Shown here: positions 1 through 13,882 of the stretch, piece by piece | Numbering within the stretch: the first letter of the stretch is position 1 | How the letters are laid out: the number at the start of each line of letters is the position of its first letter | Assembly: GCF_006345805.1 (NCBI RefSeq) | Contig: NC_043019.1 | Location: forward strand, 24,675,360 to 24,739,359 | Source: Octopus sinensis | Lineage: Eukaryota | DNA length: 64,000 nt | Reading direction: 5' to 3' | Program-made: the position numbers and the translations under genes | Notes under the pieces: generated by a model | The model's database searches: none | What the model was told of the DNA's origin: nothing | The model's input: the letters and a program-made list of their open reading frames with translations, nothing else

Positions 1-37
<37 letters not shown>

Positions 38-608
38 TAATAATAGTAATAATAATAATAATGTACGGTCATTAAATATTATATAGAGTCGTCAGCCGAG
101 CACAGATAACTAAGCAAGAAAGCTATTTGGTGAACGTTCACACTCGTCCACCCCTCAGTGTACATATTTCTATTATTTGTACGCCTTAAAATAAGGACAT
201 CAAAAGTATGGAGATGAGAGGACGGGGATGGAGAGGGAACGAGGTGGGGGGGGGGCAGAAGGACAAGACAGAGTAGACAAAGCGGAGAAAGAAAAGCAAT
301 GAGCAGTGGCAACAAGTGTAAACAGCTCCCTCTGTCAATCATATATGGTCAAGGGTCATCTCGCTTTCCCACCAGTCCAGGAAAGCTTTGAAACTGAACT
401 GGAGAGAAACAGTAAAACCTGAACACAAATCACTGCTACGACAATCGCTCACACAATCGGATGAGCAAACACAAACGCACACTTCACGAAACACATGCAC
501 ACACACACACACACGCATGAATTCTCAAACACACACAGATAGATAGATACATACATAGGCACGAGTGTCACATACATACCTTTACATATATACATACAAA
601 CGCACAGT

Positions 609-990
609 GGAGGCACAATGGCCCAGTGGTTAGTGCAGCGGACTCGCGGTCGTAGGATCGCGGTTTCGATTCCTAGACCGGGCGTTGTGAGTGTTTATTG
701 AGCGAAAACACCTAAAGCTCCACGAGGCTCCGGCAGGGGATGGTGGTGATCCCTGCTGTACTCTTTCACCACAACTTTCTCTCACTCTTACTTCCTGTTT
801 CTGTTGTACCTGTATTTCAAAGGGCCGGTCTTGTCACTCTCTGTGTCACGCTGAATATCCCGAGAACTACGTTAAGGGTGCACGTGTCTGTGGAGTACTC
901 AGCCACTTACACGTTAAATTCACGAGCAGGCTGTTCCGTTGATCGGATCAACCGGAACCCTCGTCGTCGTAACCGACGGAGTGCTTCCAC
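609..990 (+). mobile_element. tRNA-derived SINE, family A, full length
   Basis: tRNA-like head (tggcccagtggttag A box, ggtttcgattcc B box); near-identical to copies at 16148 and 40041. Confidence 0.85.
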
Positions 991-1198
991 AAACGCACAA
1001 AGCAGCATACATGCAAACGCTTTTCAACGTGCATCTACAACATACATACATAAAATACACGCACACCATACGCATATTCATTCATGCACACACACACACA
1101 CGCACACGCGCGCACACACACACATAAATTCATGACTCAGTAAATATGCATGGCTGGTCGCTGTATATCTGGAAACGTGTAATATATAAGTAAAGTTG

Positions 1199-1554
1199 CT
1201 TTTTTGGCTCAAAAAGCAAAAAGCAAGGCCATGTAGGGGGACATGGAGTTATGTACAGGGAAGGTGTTCATGCAAAGAGTTCGGGCCATTTCTGGTCAAG
1301 AGAGACTTTGAACCGAGCGGTCGTCGACATCTTCACTATCTCGTCCGGCAGCTTATTCCACGGATCCGCAACCCGGACGGAGACAGCCCCTCTCCTTCGA
1401 TTGAGATGAAATCGTCGCAGATAGAGCTTTTTGGAGTGACCTCGCAGCCGACGCTCTGGAGCAGGAGTGAAGAACAGCTCTTTCGAGAGGTTACACTTTC
1501 CGCTTATGACGTTGTGAGCAAGAATGAGATCACCACGGCGTCGTCGTTTTTCTA
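1199..1554 (-). mobile_element. CR1-clade LINE, 3' fragment
   Basis: Reverse complement of 56324-56677; minus strand encodes RRRGDLILAHNVISG...LRGHSKKL...RVADPWNKLPDEIV, a CR1-type ORF2 C-terminus. Confidence 0.8.
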
Positions 1555-1602
1555 TATGTATCCATATATTTCAAAATCTTTTTATAAACACTTAATTACA
1601 TA

Positions 1603-1824
1603 CGAAGGTTTGTTGAAAAGTTCCTGGCTTTGGGTAAAAGAAAAATATAGGAGGATCACTTAATTGTAGTTGAATATGATTTTATTCAACATATTCCTCT
1701 CTCAGATTCACACACTTATTGCAGCGGACCTTCAGTTTTTCTAAGCCCTGTAAACGGAAGATTGGGTCTACAACCAGGCCTTTCGCGATACCTTTAAAGC
1801 CACGAACTTTTCAGCACCCCCTCG
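1603..1824. mobile_element. Mariner-type MITE (about 220 bp)
   Basis: Imperfect TIRs cgaaggtttgttgaaaagttcctggcttt and aaagccacgaacttttcagcaccccctcg, flanked by TA on both sides. Confidence 0.75.
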
Positions 1825-2317
1825 TATATATGTATATATGATTTTGCTCATAAGTGTGTGCTGAAGTACCGCTGGGAAGGGCTCAGTCGATCAAATCGCC
1901 CTCAATATTCATTTTGCAAAGTTTAATATTGATTGATTGTAACGTTCTCATTTTACCACATTTTCTCCTTTTAACGATTTTCAAGCTGTGACACACACAC
2001 ACACACACACCACACACACACACAACACACACACACACACACAAATACACAATCTGGCATACAGTGGCCTTCCGCACACTTTCAGCTCCACCAAATTCAT
2101 TCATAAAGCAATTTTTAGATCGAGTGATTGACATAAATGAGAAAACTTATTGTAGTTCTGAACTTGAAACTAATTGTTAAGCGAAGTACCTGACCACACT
2201 GTCATGCACGCATATCGATACATACATACATACATACATACATACATACATACATACGTGCATACATATATGTATATATATATATATATAAACATGCATG
2301 TATGCATATATATATAT

Positions 2318-2356
<39 letters not shown>

Positions 2357-2392
2357 ATATATATATACATATCTATCTATCTATCTATCTAT

Positions 2393-2504
<112 letters not shown>

Positions 2505-2689
2505 CGTTCATACATACACGCATATGCATAGCACACACAAGCACACACATTGAAAGATAGATAATTAGATAATCAGATACGGACGTAGTTTATCTTGATG
2601 TCACCTGATTGAATAGAAACGGTGTAAAATTGAATAATGGAGTGACTTTTAATCATAAATTCCGCATCACGTATTGAGTACACGTATAC

Positions 2690-2876
2690 ATATAAAGAAG
2701 AAGAAGAAGAAGAAGAAGAAGAAGAAGAAGAAGAAGAAGAAGAAGAAGAAGAAGAAGAAGAAGAAGAAGAAGAAGAAGAAGAAGAAGGAGGAGGAGGAAG
2801 GAGGAGGAGGAGGAGGAGGAGGAGGAGGAGGAGGAGGAGGAGGATGAGGAGGGGGAGGAGGAGCAGAAGAAGACAT
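2690..2876 (+). repeat. (GAA)n-(GGA)n purine microsatellite
   Basis: Direct reading of the sequence. Confidence 0.95.
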
Positions 2877-3348
2877 CCGATCTTTTAGAATCTATGGAGT
2901 CTGCCTACCTGAATCTTATAACAATACTGTAATAGTGTTGAGCAGGGAAGATTGGGCGGGGTTTGAAAACTGCGATAATTAACATAATTTATATTACTGA
3001 CTAACCAATAAGTTTGCTCCATTTTAAGCTGCTTACAGAATCGTAAACGTGAAGAGAACGACGACGAAAGATAACTATCAATAACAAGTGATAACAGTTG
3101 TTTGTGTAAACAAAGAACGGGAAAGAAAAGGCAAGCAAGGAAGAAATATTTAGAATGATAAGAAAGCATTGAAACTGATTTGAATTATTTTACCTCTTCA
3201 CAAGAAAATTAGCACCTTTTCCCACAGTTACTCTTCATTCTACTTACGAATTTTTGCTTCTTTATTATAAACAGTATTTCTATGTCTATAAAGACATGAA
3301 GTCTAAATGAACTGAAAAAATCATAGCTTCAACACTACCACCATTACC

Positions 3349-3760
3349 TATTTCTTTATTACCCACAAGGGGCTAAACACAGAGGGGACAAACAAGGACA
3401 GATATAGGTATTAAGTCGATTACATCGACCCCAGTGCGTTACTGGTACTTAATTTATCGACCCCGAAAGGATGAAAGACAAAGTCGACCTCGGCGGAATT
3501 TGAACTCACAACGTAACGCAGACGAAATACCTATTTCTTTACTACCCACAAGGGGCTAAACACAGAGGGGATAAACAAGGACAGACAAACGGATTAAGTC
3601 GATTACATCGACCCTAGTGCGTAACTGGTACTTAATTTATCGACTCCGAAAGAATGAAAGGCAAAGTCGACCTCGGCGGAATTTGAACTCACAACGTAAC
3701 GCAGACGAAATACCGCTAAGCATTTCGCCCGGCGTGCTAACGTTTCTGCCAGCTCGCCGC
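3349..3760 (-). mobile_element. tRNA-derived SINE, family B, tandem dimer
   Basis: Two head-to-tail units; the minus strand has the head gcggcgagctggcagaaacg and the B box gagttcaaattcc. Confidence 0.88.
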
Positions 3761-3959
3761 ACCACTATCATCATCATCACGACCACCACCATTACCAATG
3801 CCTCCTGCACAATACTGACGGTAGTTGAGTATAAGGTTTTGGAGAGGAAACGGAGAGAAGTTTTCACGATTTGACGTGGGTTTGAAACAGCTGCAAAGAC
3901 CTTTCTTGCTAATAGTGTTGCTAAGAAGAAAGAAAAAAATAAGACCTCGCGACATCCTC

Positions 3960-4170
3960 CTCTCCGTTATTAAGCTACGTACACACACGACCATGTAGCG
4001 ACACATGACCTTTTCTCCTCACTATCTGCTCGTTCCTATTTTTCCTTCTCTCTAGACCCTTTCCTCTTCCTGACGAAGAGTCGTGCTCGAAGTGTCATTT
4101 CCACTCCTATTTTTCCACCTAAACCTTTTGATTGAGCGTCAATCTAATATATTCTTAGTGTACGTCCAAC
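3960..4170 (+). mobile_element. Penelope-type terminal-repeat fragment with a degenerate hammerhead motif
   Basis: ctgacga-a-gag-tcgtg-ctc-gaag at 4070-4092, followed by ttgagcgtcaat; similar to the 50700-50890 repeat. Confidence 0.5.
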
Positions 4171-4239
4171 TGACATTTGTTATTTTTTCCTATTTTAAGA
4201 AAATTATAAGTTTGTTTTAAAATTTGAGATTACATAGAC

Positions 4240-4860
4240 AGTATTTTACATAGGATATGGGCAGTTCCCATGAGCACTATCTTTTAAATTTCTGCCATTT
4301 TGGGGTTTCCTGGTATCTGATGTAGGTAGGAACCAGCCCCTTTTGCCATAATTCCTAGGGCACCTATGACAACAGGTATTTTTTTTATTCTTGAGGTTCC
4401 ACATTTTGCTAATTTCTATTTCGAGATGTTTATATTTGCTCAGTTTGTGGTAGGTCTTGACAGATACGTTTATATCAATTGGGACGGTCATATCAATGAG
4501 GAAGCATGATTTTTGTCTGGCCTATTCGCAACTATCCCCCTGTCAGTTTGAACGGTGAAGTTCCAGAGAAGTGAGATGAGATCATTTTCAAGCACTGGAG
4601 GTGGTTTGTGTTCCCATCAGTTTTTATCATGGAGAAGGTCTAGATTTTTGCAAATTACCCAGTGAATATACTGTGCTGCTCTATCATGGCTGTTGGGATA
4701 CTCTGTCGGAGCAAGACTGCACATGGAAGCATGATCAATGGTTTCATTTTGTTGTTGACATACACGACATGTTGTGCTACCTTGTAGGTAGGCATTGATC
4801 TTGGGCTGCTATGATAAACCTTTCTGTTTCTGATTTTAATCCAGAAGACACTTACCATTG
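4240..4860 (-). mobile_element. R4/Dong-like RLE LINE, 3' fragment
   Basis: Minus-strand frameshifted PIDINVSVKTYHKLSKYKHLEIEISKMWNLK...PVVIGALG...KIVLMGTAHIL, an RLE endonuclease C-terminus. Confidence 0.75.
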
Positions 4861-4960
4861 ATGGATAAGGACTTTGCCAGCATCGGCATTATTAGCTCTC
4901 TTTGGGTATCTGCCAATGAGAAGTTTTTCTTGCCATGTATCAGTAAGAATTATTATTGTT

Positions 4961-4991
<31 letters not shown>

Positions 4992-5032
4992 ATGTTGTTG
5001 TTGTTATTATTGTCGTCGTCATCGTCGTCATC

Positions 5033-5079
<47 letters not shown>

Positions 5080-5089
5080 TATTATTATT

Positions 5090-5641
5090 GAGTGAGAGAG
5101 CAGTGCGTGCCATCAAATTGACACTAGGGTAAAATATACGAAGCCCAGTATACCCATCATGACTACCCGTCTGATAAGGGTACACCAGGCACATGCATCG
5201 CAACCATATGTGTGCGACATTGTGATCTCATCTCAAGATAAACAGCGCATGGCCTTGCAGGTGGAGCCCAGTTAGAATTTTTTCTGGTCGAGTAACACAT
5301 CCCGCTCAAAAGGTCCTTGAATAAGGATTGTTTAAGGATGTTGAACAAACCACCCATGTTTTCAAAGGTGAATTATCCAAACATCTAAGAATTCCTTTCA
5401 ACATACGGCTATGATACTCCCCCACTACTTCTGCTCGTGATCAGAGATGCACATATCGTCAGCCTCTAAGGGACATGCTCAACTGGTTAGGGTCAAACAA
5501 CTGACTAGTAAATCTGTGGTATTGCGTAGAATATTTGCTGTAGCCCATCTTTTATACCAAGACAAAATAACGTGCATAACACTTCCAATCAGTTAAGATC
5601 AGAAGCCATGAGAGCCACTGTCTGGTACTGCATCAGGACAT
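5090..5641. mobile_element. Unclassified interspersed repeat embedded in (ATT)n, longer copy
   Basis: About 550 bp bounded by ATT arrays on both sides; its first about 240 bp recur at 5698-5940. Confidence 0.65.
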
Positions 5642-5650
5642 TTATTATTG

Positions 5651-5681
<31 letters not shown>

Positions 5682-5697
5682 CATTATTATTATTATT

Positions 5698-5938
5698 GAG
5701 TGAGAGAGCAGTTCATGTCATCAAAGTGACACTGGGGTAAAATATACGAAGCCCAATATACCCATCATGACTACCCGTCTGATAAGGGTACACCAGGCAC
5801 ATGCATAACAACCATATGTGCGCGACATGGTGATCTCATATCAAGATAAACAGCACATGACCTTGCAGGTGGGGCCCAGTTAGAATTTTCTTCAGGTTGA
5901 GTAGCCCATCCCGCTCAAAAGGTCCCTGAATAAGGGTT

Positions 5939-5940
<2 letters not shown>
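5698..5940. mobile_element. Second, truncated copy of the (ATT)n-embedded repeat
   Basis: Highly similar to 5090-5330, same orientation, same start gagtgagagagcag. Confidence 0.7.
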
Positions 5941-6006
<66 letters not shown>

Positions 6007-6156
6007 GTTATTGTTATTATTATTATTATTATTATCATTATTATTATTATTATCATTATTATTATTATTATTATTATAATTATTATCATTATTATTATTA
6101 TTATTCAATAGTCTTATTTTTATCACGTACTGTCACTGCACTACATACATACATAA

Positions 6157-6187
<31 letters not shown>

Positions 6188-6267
6188 GACAACACAAACA
6201 ACAATCTAATCTATCTATCTGTTTATCAGTCTATCTATCTAACTAAAGTCTCCTCCTCCTCAGTATA

Positions 6268-6305
<38 letters not shown>

Positions 6306-6346
6306 TATATATACATATATATATATATATATATACATATTATATA

Positions 6347-7745
6347 CAGTGAGATAACAAAAGTATTTAACACCTATACAAATAATACGGTCAAAAAGGG
6401 TATTTTAAGACTATTTTCAGTTATTTTGATATGGTTTGTACTTCAACCAGTCACAGGTTGTCTTCAATATATGTACGTCGCCCAATCGGCACATAATAGG
6501 TCTGATACACAACAGGCTGTCTTGCAATCTAAAGTTATAAAAATGGTTAAAACAAAAGAATTGTCAAATGATATGCGATAGAAAATCATAAAGCTGCACA
6601 AAGATGGTAAGGGGTATAAAAAAATTGCTCAAGATTTAAATTTGCTTGTGTGTACAGTTGGTGCTGTTGTCCGAAAGTGGAAAAAATATGATGCTATTGA
6701 AAATATTCAAAGGAATGGTCGTTAGCGTAAATTAAACGAGGCTACTGAACGATATATAGCCCGGAATGTGAAGAAACAACCATTTTTGACTCGAAGAGAA
6801 ATTCAGAACGATCTGAAAAGTGCCGGAATTGAAGTAAGTAAAGATACAATTAAGAGATCACTGAATCGGATAGGCTTGTATTCTTGATCACCAAGAAGGA
6901 CTCCACTATTAAAATGTAAATATCTGCAAGACCGTTTAAAGTTTGTTAAAAAGTATGATGAGATGAATTTGATGAATTTTGGAAGAAGGTTATTTGGTCT
7001 GATAAAACGAAAATTGGGCTTTTCGGGAGAAACATGTGCATCCAAGTATGGAGGAAAAAAAGGAACTAAATACAACCCAGTGAACACCATCCCAACAATC
7101 AAATATGGGTGTGGAAGTGTAATGATTTGGGGTTGTTTGTCTTATAATGGAGTTGAAGAAATTGAAGTCATCGAAGGAAGAATGAATGCAACAAAATACA
7201 AGCAAATCTTATCAACGCATCTATTAAAAAGTGCAACAGCTTTGGGGCTTGACCGAGATTTTGTATTCCAACAGGACAGCGATCCAAAGCACAGGGCTAA
7301 AACATTGGTTGAATGAAAATGGAATTGATGTTCTGGAATGGCGTTGCCAGTCACTGGATCTCAATCCAATAGAAAATTTATGGAGGAAGTTGTAGTTGAG
7401 AGTACACGCAAGAGATGCAAAAAATATCAAGGAAGAAAGCCTGTGAAGAAGAATGGCTGAAACTTCCAAAATCTTCATGCAAGAAGCTCGTTGAAAACTA
7501 CAGAAAACGACTAGAGGCTGTAAGGATATGCTAATAAATATTAACAAATCGTGATAAATACTTTTGCACACAGTCAGATTCGAAAACTGGCAATAAAGGT
7601 ACATAAAAACAAGGTTTCTCAATTTTCCTCCATATTTAGTTAGACAATGTTCATTAAAATATTTGAAGTAAGTATCATTCAAATCGAACTATTTTTAATT
7701 GTGAAAATTATCAAAAACTCATGTGTTAAATACTTTTGCTACCCA

Positions 7746-7748
<3 letters not shown>
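6347..7748 (+). mobile_element. Tc1-family DNA transposon, full length, with decayed transposase (ATG at 6543)
   Basis: TIRs cagtgagataacaaaagtatttaacac and gtgttaaatacttttgctacccactg with TA TSD. Remnants [41 protein letters not shown] and DLNPIENLW, with stops and frameshifts. Confidence 0.92.
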
Positions 7749-7811
<63 letters not shown>

Positions 7812-8249
7812 GTACAGCATTATATATTTGAAAACATGAGTAGCTATAGCTTTTCTGGGGGGTGGGGATAAGTTTTATTTTAATAATGTTTACCGTGAGA
7901 GACTCAGGTATCAGTTTCAAGCTTCAAATAGCCGTTCGTATGTATGTATGTATGTATGTATGTATGTATGTATGTATGTATGTATGTATGTATGTATGTA
8001 TGTATGTATGTTGTGTGTGTGGTGTGTGTGTGTGTGTGTGTGCGTGTGCGTGTGTGTGTGTGTGTCTTTATATTTGTGTTTGTATCTTAACATTGCTTAT
8101 TCCAGTCAATCTTTCGGGTCGGTGTCCCGGATGACACAAGCATAACAAAAGACTTATAACATATATATATATTATATATATATATAATATATAATATATA
8201 TATCAACAATTGAGGGTAAAATTAATTAATTAATCAATTTCACCAAGTG

Positions 8250-8281
<32 letters not shown>

Positions 8282-8520
8282 TGCATGCCTATATGCGTGT
8301 ATTCACACACACACACAAATATGTGTGTTTCGTGGTGTGTGTGTATGTGTGTGTGTGTGTGTGTGTGTATTAATCATTAAGAAAAAGGAAAATTTGGTTT
8401 CCCTTAATTGTATAAATATATATATAAAAGTATATGTATGTGTATCTATATGTAGTATGTATGTATAAATAATATAAACTTAAGAATATATAAATACATG
8501 TATGCATATGGGCTTATAAT

Positions 8521-8626
<106 letters not shown>

Positions 8627-8650
8627 GATTAGATAGTACATACATACCCA

Positions 8651-8683
<33 letters not shown>

Positions 8684-9748
8684 CTGTGTGTGTGTCTGTA
8701 TGTATCCATATTCATAGAGACTCGCACAAACACACACACACACAGCTGTGCATATATATATGTTTATAGATTCATACACATGTATGTGCATATATTTACA
8801 TATGTACGTCCATATCGCAGCACACTCACACACACACACACACACACGCACACGCGCGTATTAATAGTAAGTAATTCATTCAAGTCTATTCGTATTTTAT
8901 TGCGCGTCGTTTTTTTATTCTTCAGAACGGAGGAATGCTCCCCCAACCCGCCTCTATCTATCTTTTTTTCTTTCTATTCAAACTATCACCCACCGCTTAA
9001 TACTACATTAATATTCCTGACAAACGGAAACAATTTGCAAAAGTGTCGAATGAGAATGTGTGGCGTGTATGTGTTTTCTCAACAGGATAAGCGTGACGTG
9101 ACGTGAAATGTCAACAAACCCCACCAAAACTGCAAGCATTTCTGGTTATCGTGATTTATGATGTAAGGGAGATAACCCATTAAATGTACAACTGACTGTA
9201 GAAGTGAAACCCCGTTACACTTTCCTAAATATAAATATCTTTATCATTTAAAAACACTGCTCTCTATATTGTTATTGATATAATCGCTTAATAATGTACC
9301 TCGTTGTGTTTTACGTTTTCGTATCAAATTATATTATATTTCTCTGTTGTATTTCTCATTTTTTCGAAACACCTTTTACACGTTTATCAAAATGATGCGT
9401 TCAAAAAACGTGCACATTCAGGTATAGAAGCTTATAAATCCACACACTCACGCATAAACGTCACCCACCCACCCATCCATTATTAGATGTGTATTTCTAT
9501 CTATCTATCTATATCTTTATAGATATATATATCAGTCTGTCTGTTTATCTATTTATTCATACGCAAGTGTGTGTACGCGCGCGTATTTGTCCCTCTATCA
9601 CCGCTTGAAAACCGGTGTTTTTCATCCTTTCGGGGTCGATTAAATAAGTACCCGTTACGCACTGAGGTCGACGTAATCGTCTTAATCCCTTCCCCAAAAT
9701 TTGAGGCCTTGTGCTTCCAGTAAATAGGATTATTATTATTATTATTAC

Positions 9749-10494
9749 TATTGTTCTTCAGTAGTTTTCTTTTTGTAGCGTGCTTTCACTTCACTACCGA
9801 GCGCGGCTCTGTGTACCTTGCGTATCTGCTGTGATATGTTGTGATGCTCTGTATTGAAAACGTTTTGCGTAGGATGTGTGCAGTGCCCAGTAGTGCAATT
9901 TTCTGTATGTTATATGTGTTTGTAAGTCCTGGTGTTTTTGTTATATATTTGTCTGAATATTTTTTTTATCATGCCTAATGAGAGGAATTGTTTCTGTTTT
10001 TAGATTCCACATTCGAGTTACCTCTATTTCCAGGTCTTTGTATTTTGAAAGTTTCTCCATTTCTTTTAGAGACACGTTGTTATCTGCTGGTATTGATACA
10101 CCAATTAGAAAGTCTTTTATTTTCTTCATGATCTCTGACAACTATATCTGGCGTATTGGCCTTAATTTCTCTATCTGAGTGTATTGTTATATCCCAGAGT
10201 ATGGTTGCTTTCTCGTTTTCTGTGACCTTTTCTGGTGTGTGCCTATACCATCTTTTTTGTGTTGTTATTCCATAGTGTTGGCTTAGCTTCCAGTGTATGT
10301 AGGTCCCAACTCTGTCGTGTCTGTGAATATATTCCTTCTTAGCCAGGACTGGGCAGCCAGATATAATATGATTTATTGTTTCTTGTCCATCTCCACATAT
10401 TCTGCAGTTACTTGCTATGTTTTTTATTCATTATACGTTTTTGGTAATTTCTAGTGGGGAGGCTTTGGTCTTGTGCTGCAATTAAAAATCCCTC
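9749..10494 (-). mobile_element. R4/Dong-like RLE LINE, 5'-truncated, with its 3' end on (TAA)n
   Basis: Minus strand FLIGVSIPADNNVSLKEMEKLSKYKDLEIEVTRMWNLKTETIP; same family as 41418-41817; the 3' end abuts the ATT array at 9730-9750. Confidence 0.82.
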
Positions 10495-11524
10495 CGACAT
10501 TTGTGCTATGTTTGGAGAGGGAGCCATAGCTGAAAGAACCACTCGTGATTAGTATGCCAAGTTCAAAAATGGAAATTTTTACCTCAAAGACGCACCTCGT
10601 TCTGGCCGTCCAGTTGAGTTCGATGAAGAGCGATTAAACCAAGTTTTGCACGAAAATTCTCGTCAAACGACAAGGGAACTGGCAGAGAAAATGGAATGCT
10701 CCCACACTGCTATAGAGAAGCATCTTCACTCGATGGGAAAGGTTCAGAAGTATGGAGCATGAGTTCCGCATGCTTTAAGTGACAACAACAAAAATCAACG
10801 AACCACAATCTCTGCTGGTATGCTTGCTCGTCACCGCTCAACTCATGGTCACAAGCAACGATTTCTTTACCAAATTGTTACTGGCGACGAAAAATGGTGC
10901 CTGTACAACACTATGAAGCAGCGTAAGGAATGGCTTAGCCCCGTTAAACAAGCAACACCGCGCGTGAAACAAGATCTTCATCCGCGTAAAACGATGTTGT
11001 GCGTATGGTGGAACTGGGAAGGGATTATCCATTACGAATTGCTTGAACGGAACCAAACGGTCAACGCGGAACTCAATGTTCAACAGATGGAACGACTCAA
11101 CACTGCTATTGGATAGAAAAGACCTAATCGTCAGCATGGAGTTCTGCTGCACAACAACGCCCGCCCTCATATCGCCAATATGACCAAGGAAGCCATTCAA
11201 ATGCATGACTGGGAAGTGCTGCAACACCCGCTGTACTCTCCTGATTTGGCTCCAATGGATTTCCACCTCTTTCGATCTTTCAAATGCTAAGGGCGGAGTT
11301 TCGTTTAATGCTGATGCAGAATTGAGAGCTTGGTTGAATCAATTTTTCGAGTCGAAACCGGGTGATTTCTACCAACGAAGTATTGAAAAAGTTGTAGAAC
11401 GTTGGAAAGAAGTTGTAAACAACAAGGGTGAATACATTATTGATTAATTAGTTGTTATTTTTTTTTTAAACCTTTTAAATAATTTTAATTTTAAAAAACG
11501 GCCGGAACTTAGTTGCCAACCTAA
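10495..11524 (+). mobile_element. Mariner (D,D34D-type) transposon, 5'-truncated, decayed transposase
   Basis: IVTGDEKW, HPRKTMLCVWW, LLHNNARPH and YSPDLAPMDFHLF; 3' TIR ggaacttagttgccaacctaa followed by TA. Confidence 0.9.
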
Positions 11525-11544
11525 TACTTATTGTAGAAACGATT

Positions 11545-12690
11545 ATTCGTAACATTCTTTCAACTCTTGTTTTGTTGGAATTCCTGGTGGTTTACATGAG
11601 TTGCAGACTTGTTAGCTGCAGCATACGGTACCATGCTATTTGTTCGGCTCAACTATCGAATACCTGCCTGATGATTCTGGCTCTGCCAAGGAGGCAAATC
11701 TTTTGCAACAACTCTACTGGCCACTGTATTCCCATTTCCTTTATATTCCTTTGAATACCTATTTCTTTATTACCCACAAGGGGCTAAATATAGAGGGGAC
11801 AAACGAGGACAGACATAGGTATTAAGTCGATTACATCGACCCCAGTGCGTAACTGGTACTTAATTTATCGACCCCGAAAGGATGAAAGGCAAAGTCAACC
11901 TCGGCGGAATTTGAACCCACAACGTAACGCAGACGAAATACCGCTAAGCATTTCGCCCGACGTGCTAACGTTTCTGCCAGCTCGCCTATTCCTTTCAATA
12001 CCGTCTGATACTGACCCCAAGTCCCTAACAATAATCGGCAATCTTCATATTTATCTTCCACAGTTGGCATATCTCGTTTTTAAGAGGATTGTCTACGCCT
12101 TCGCACCTAACGATTCGTGAGTCAAATTGACGTGCAAAATCAATTATAAAGTACATGTGATTTACCATATCCACCACTGCTAGGTTCGGCATCTTGTGCT
12201 CAATCACCAAACCCGTTTGGATTGGGAAATCACACAGGATTTTGCAAGTCTCCGACTCAACGCACTCTGTGGTTTGTGTTCATACCATGCGTTGTCCCTT
12301 TCTATTCCCTATTTTTCACACTGTTTCTAATGTAGAACTTTTGTTACCTCATCATGTCGCCCCAACTTATATTAGTTTGGAGCAAGTCAAGAGCATTCGT
12401 TCACGAAAATGGTTTCGTCAAATCCGTTACAAATTCGGCACCATAGCGACACTTGCCCATCCCTAAGTTTGACCTTTCAATTTATGACCGTCTTGCACTT
12501 CCAGTATATTTTCAGTCTCTTTTTTTCCAGTGTTCCATCCTTCAATCAGCCCACCTCTGACCTCCAACTACTTCACCTCTGGCTACATGCAGCTGATCTT
12601 GTAGTCCCTTCTTGCCTAATGCTTCTTCGTGTCCTTTTTGTACTTCTTGATTTGTTTCTTTTGCTTTTTTCATACTTTAAGTATCTCTAA
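11545..12690 (-). mobile_element. R4/Dong-like RLE LINE fragment interrupted by a SINE
   Basis: Minus-strand remnants CKILCDFPIQTGLVIEHKMPNLAVVD...FIIDFA and IQWPVELLQKICLLGRARIIRQVF. Confidence 0.7.
11760..11986 (-). mobile_element. SINE family B monomer with a 16-bp TSD
   Basis: tattcctttgaatacc (11744-59) and tattcctttcaatacc (11987-12002) flank the element. Confidence 0.9.
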
Positions 12691-12701
12691 TTGCCACTAG
12701 C

Positions 12702-12735
<34 letters not shown>

Positions 12736-12748
12736 TTTATTATCATTA

Positions 12749-12815
<67 letters not shown>

Positions 12816-13046
12816 TTTATTATCATCATCATTATTATGTTTTTTCCTTCTTTCTTCAAATTTTCTTCCGTTTCTCGCCGAGTGTTTTCCATGCACCTAG
12901 GGCAGAGAAGCTCATTGTATGCATTCCCAGATTACACACGCAAATTCACAGATAAAATATGTATTTTAAAAATTAATTAATAAATAATTAAATTCATGGA
13001 TGGATGTTGTTTTCACAATAAAATCATGGATGGATGTTGTTTTCAC

Positions 13047-13052
13047 TTACTA

Positions 13053-13100
<48 letters not shown>

Positions 13101-13140
13101 GTTGTTGTTGTTGTTATTGTTGTTATTGTTGTTGTTGTTG

Positions 13141-13172
<32 letters not shown>

Positions 13173-13284
13173 GTTGTTGTTGTTGATGTTGTTATTGTTA
13201 TTGTTGTTGTTATTGTTATTGTTGTTGTTGTTATTATTATTATTGTTGTTGTTGTTGTTATTGTTATTGTTGTTGTTGTTGTTG

Positions 13285-13328
<44 letters not shown>

Positions 13329-13360
13329 ATTATTATCATCATCATCATCATTATTATTAT
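13047..13360 (+). repeat. (TTA/TTG)n compound microsatellite
   Basis: Direct reading of the sequence. Confidence 0.95.
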
Positions 13361-13828
13361 CGTGTTACATAGTACTTAGCGGGACACTCCCTTCTTCAGC
13401 TGTCGATGCAGACCAACGCTTCCGGCACCTTGTGATGCTATCTCGCTCGCCATCAACACCAAGCAATATTGATGCTACCATTGAACATCCGGGTTATTTT
13501 GGCCCACATTATAGCAGACTTTCCTTCTGTTATCCATGCCGCCATCTCGACAAATCGGATACAGCTCTAACCACCCCAAACATACAGGAACCATTTTGCT
13601 TTTACATCTCACTGAGAATTCGCTCTTTTATCTCGGCTCTTCCTTTCGCATACTTCTGCTCTAGCAAGAATGAAGCGTTCTCTGCATTTCGTGAGTTCCA
13701 CCCTGTTCTCTCTCTCCCTCTCTCTCTCTCTTTCTCTCTCTATGATTCCCTCTGTGCGCGTGCGTGTTTATGTGTATGAGTGAGTGTGTTTGTGCGTGCG
13801 TGCGTGTGTGTGTATGTGTGCGTGTGTG

Positions 13829-13882
<54 letters not shown>

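Noticed and set aside
609-690. tRNA-like A/B boxes here and at 16148, 24156, 38871, 40425, 53824 and 59051
   Set aside because: They are SINE heads followed by SINE bodies and lack a full cloverleaf, so they are not called as tRNA genes.
12994-13046. 23-bp direct repeat with a 30-bp period
   Set aside because: An ordinary local slippage duplication beside a microsatellite.
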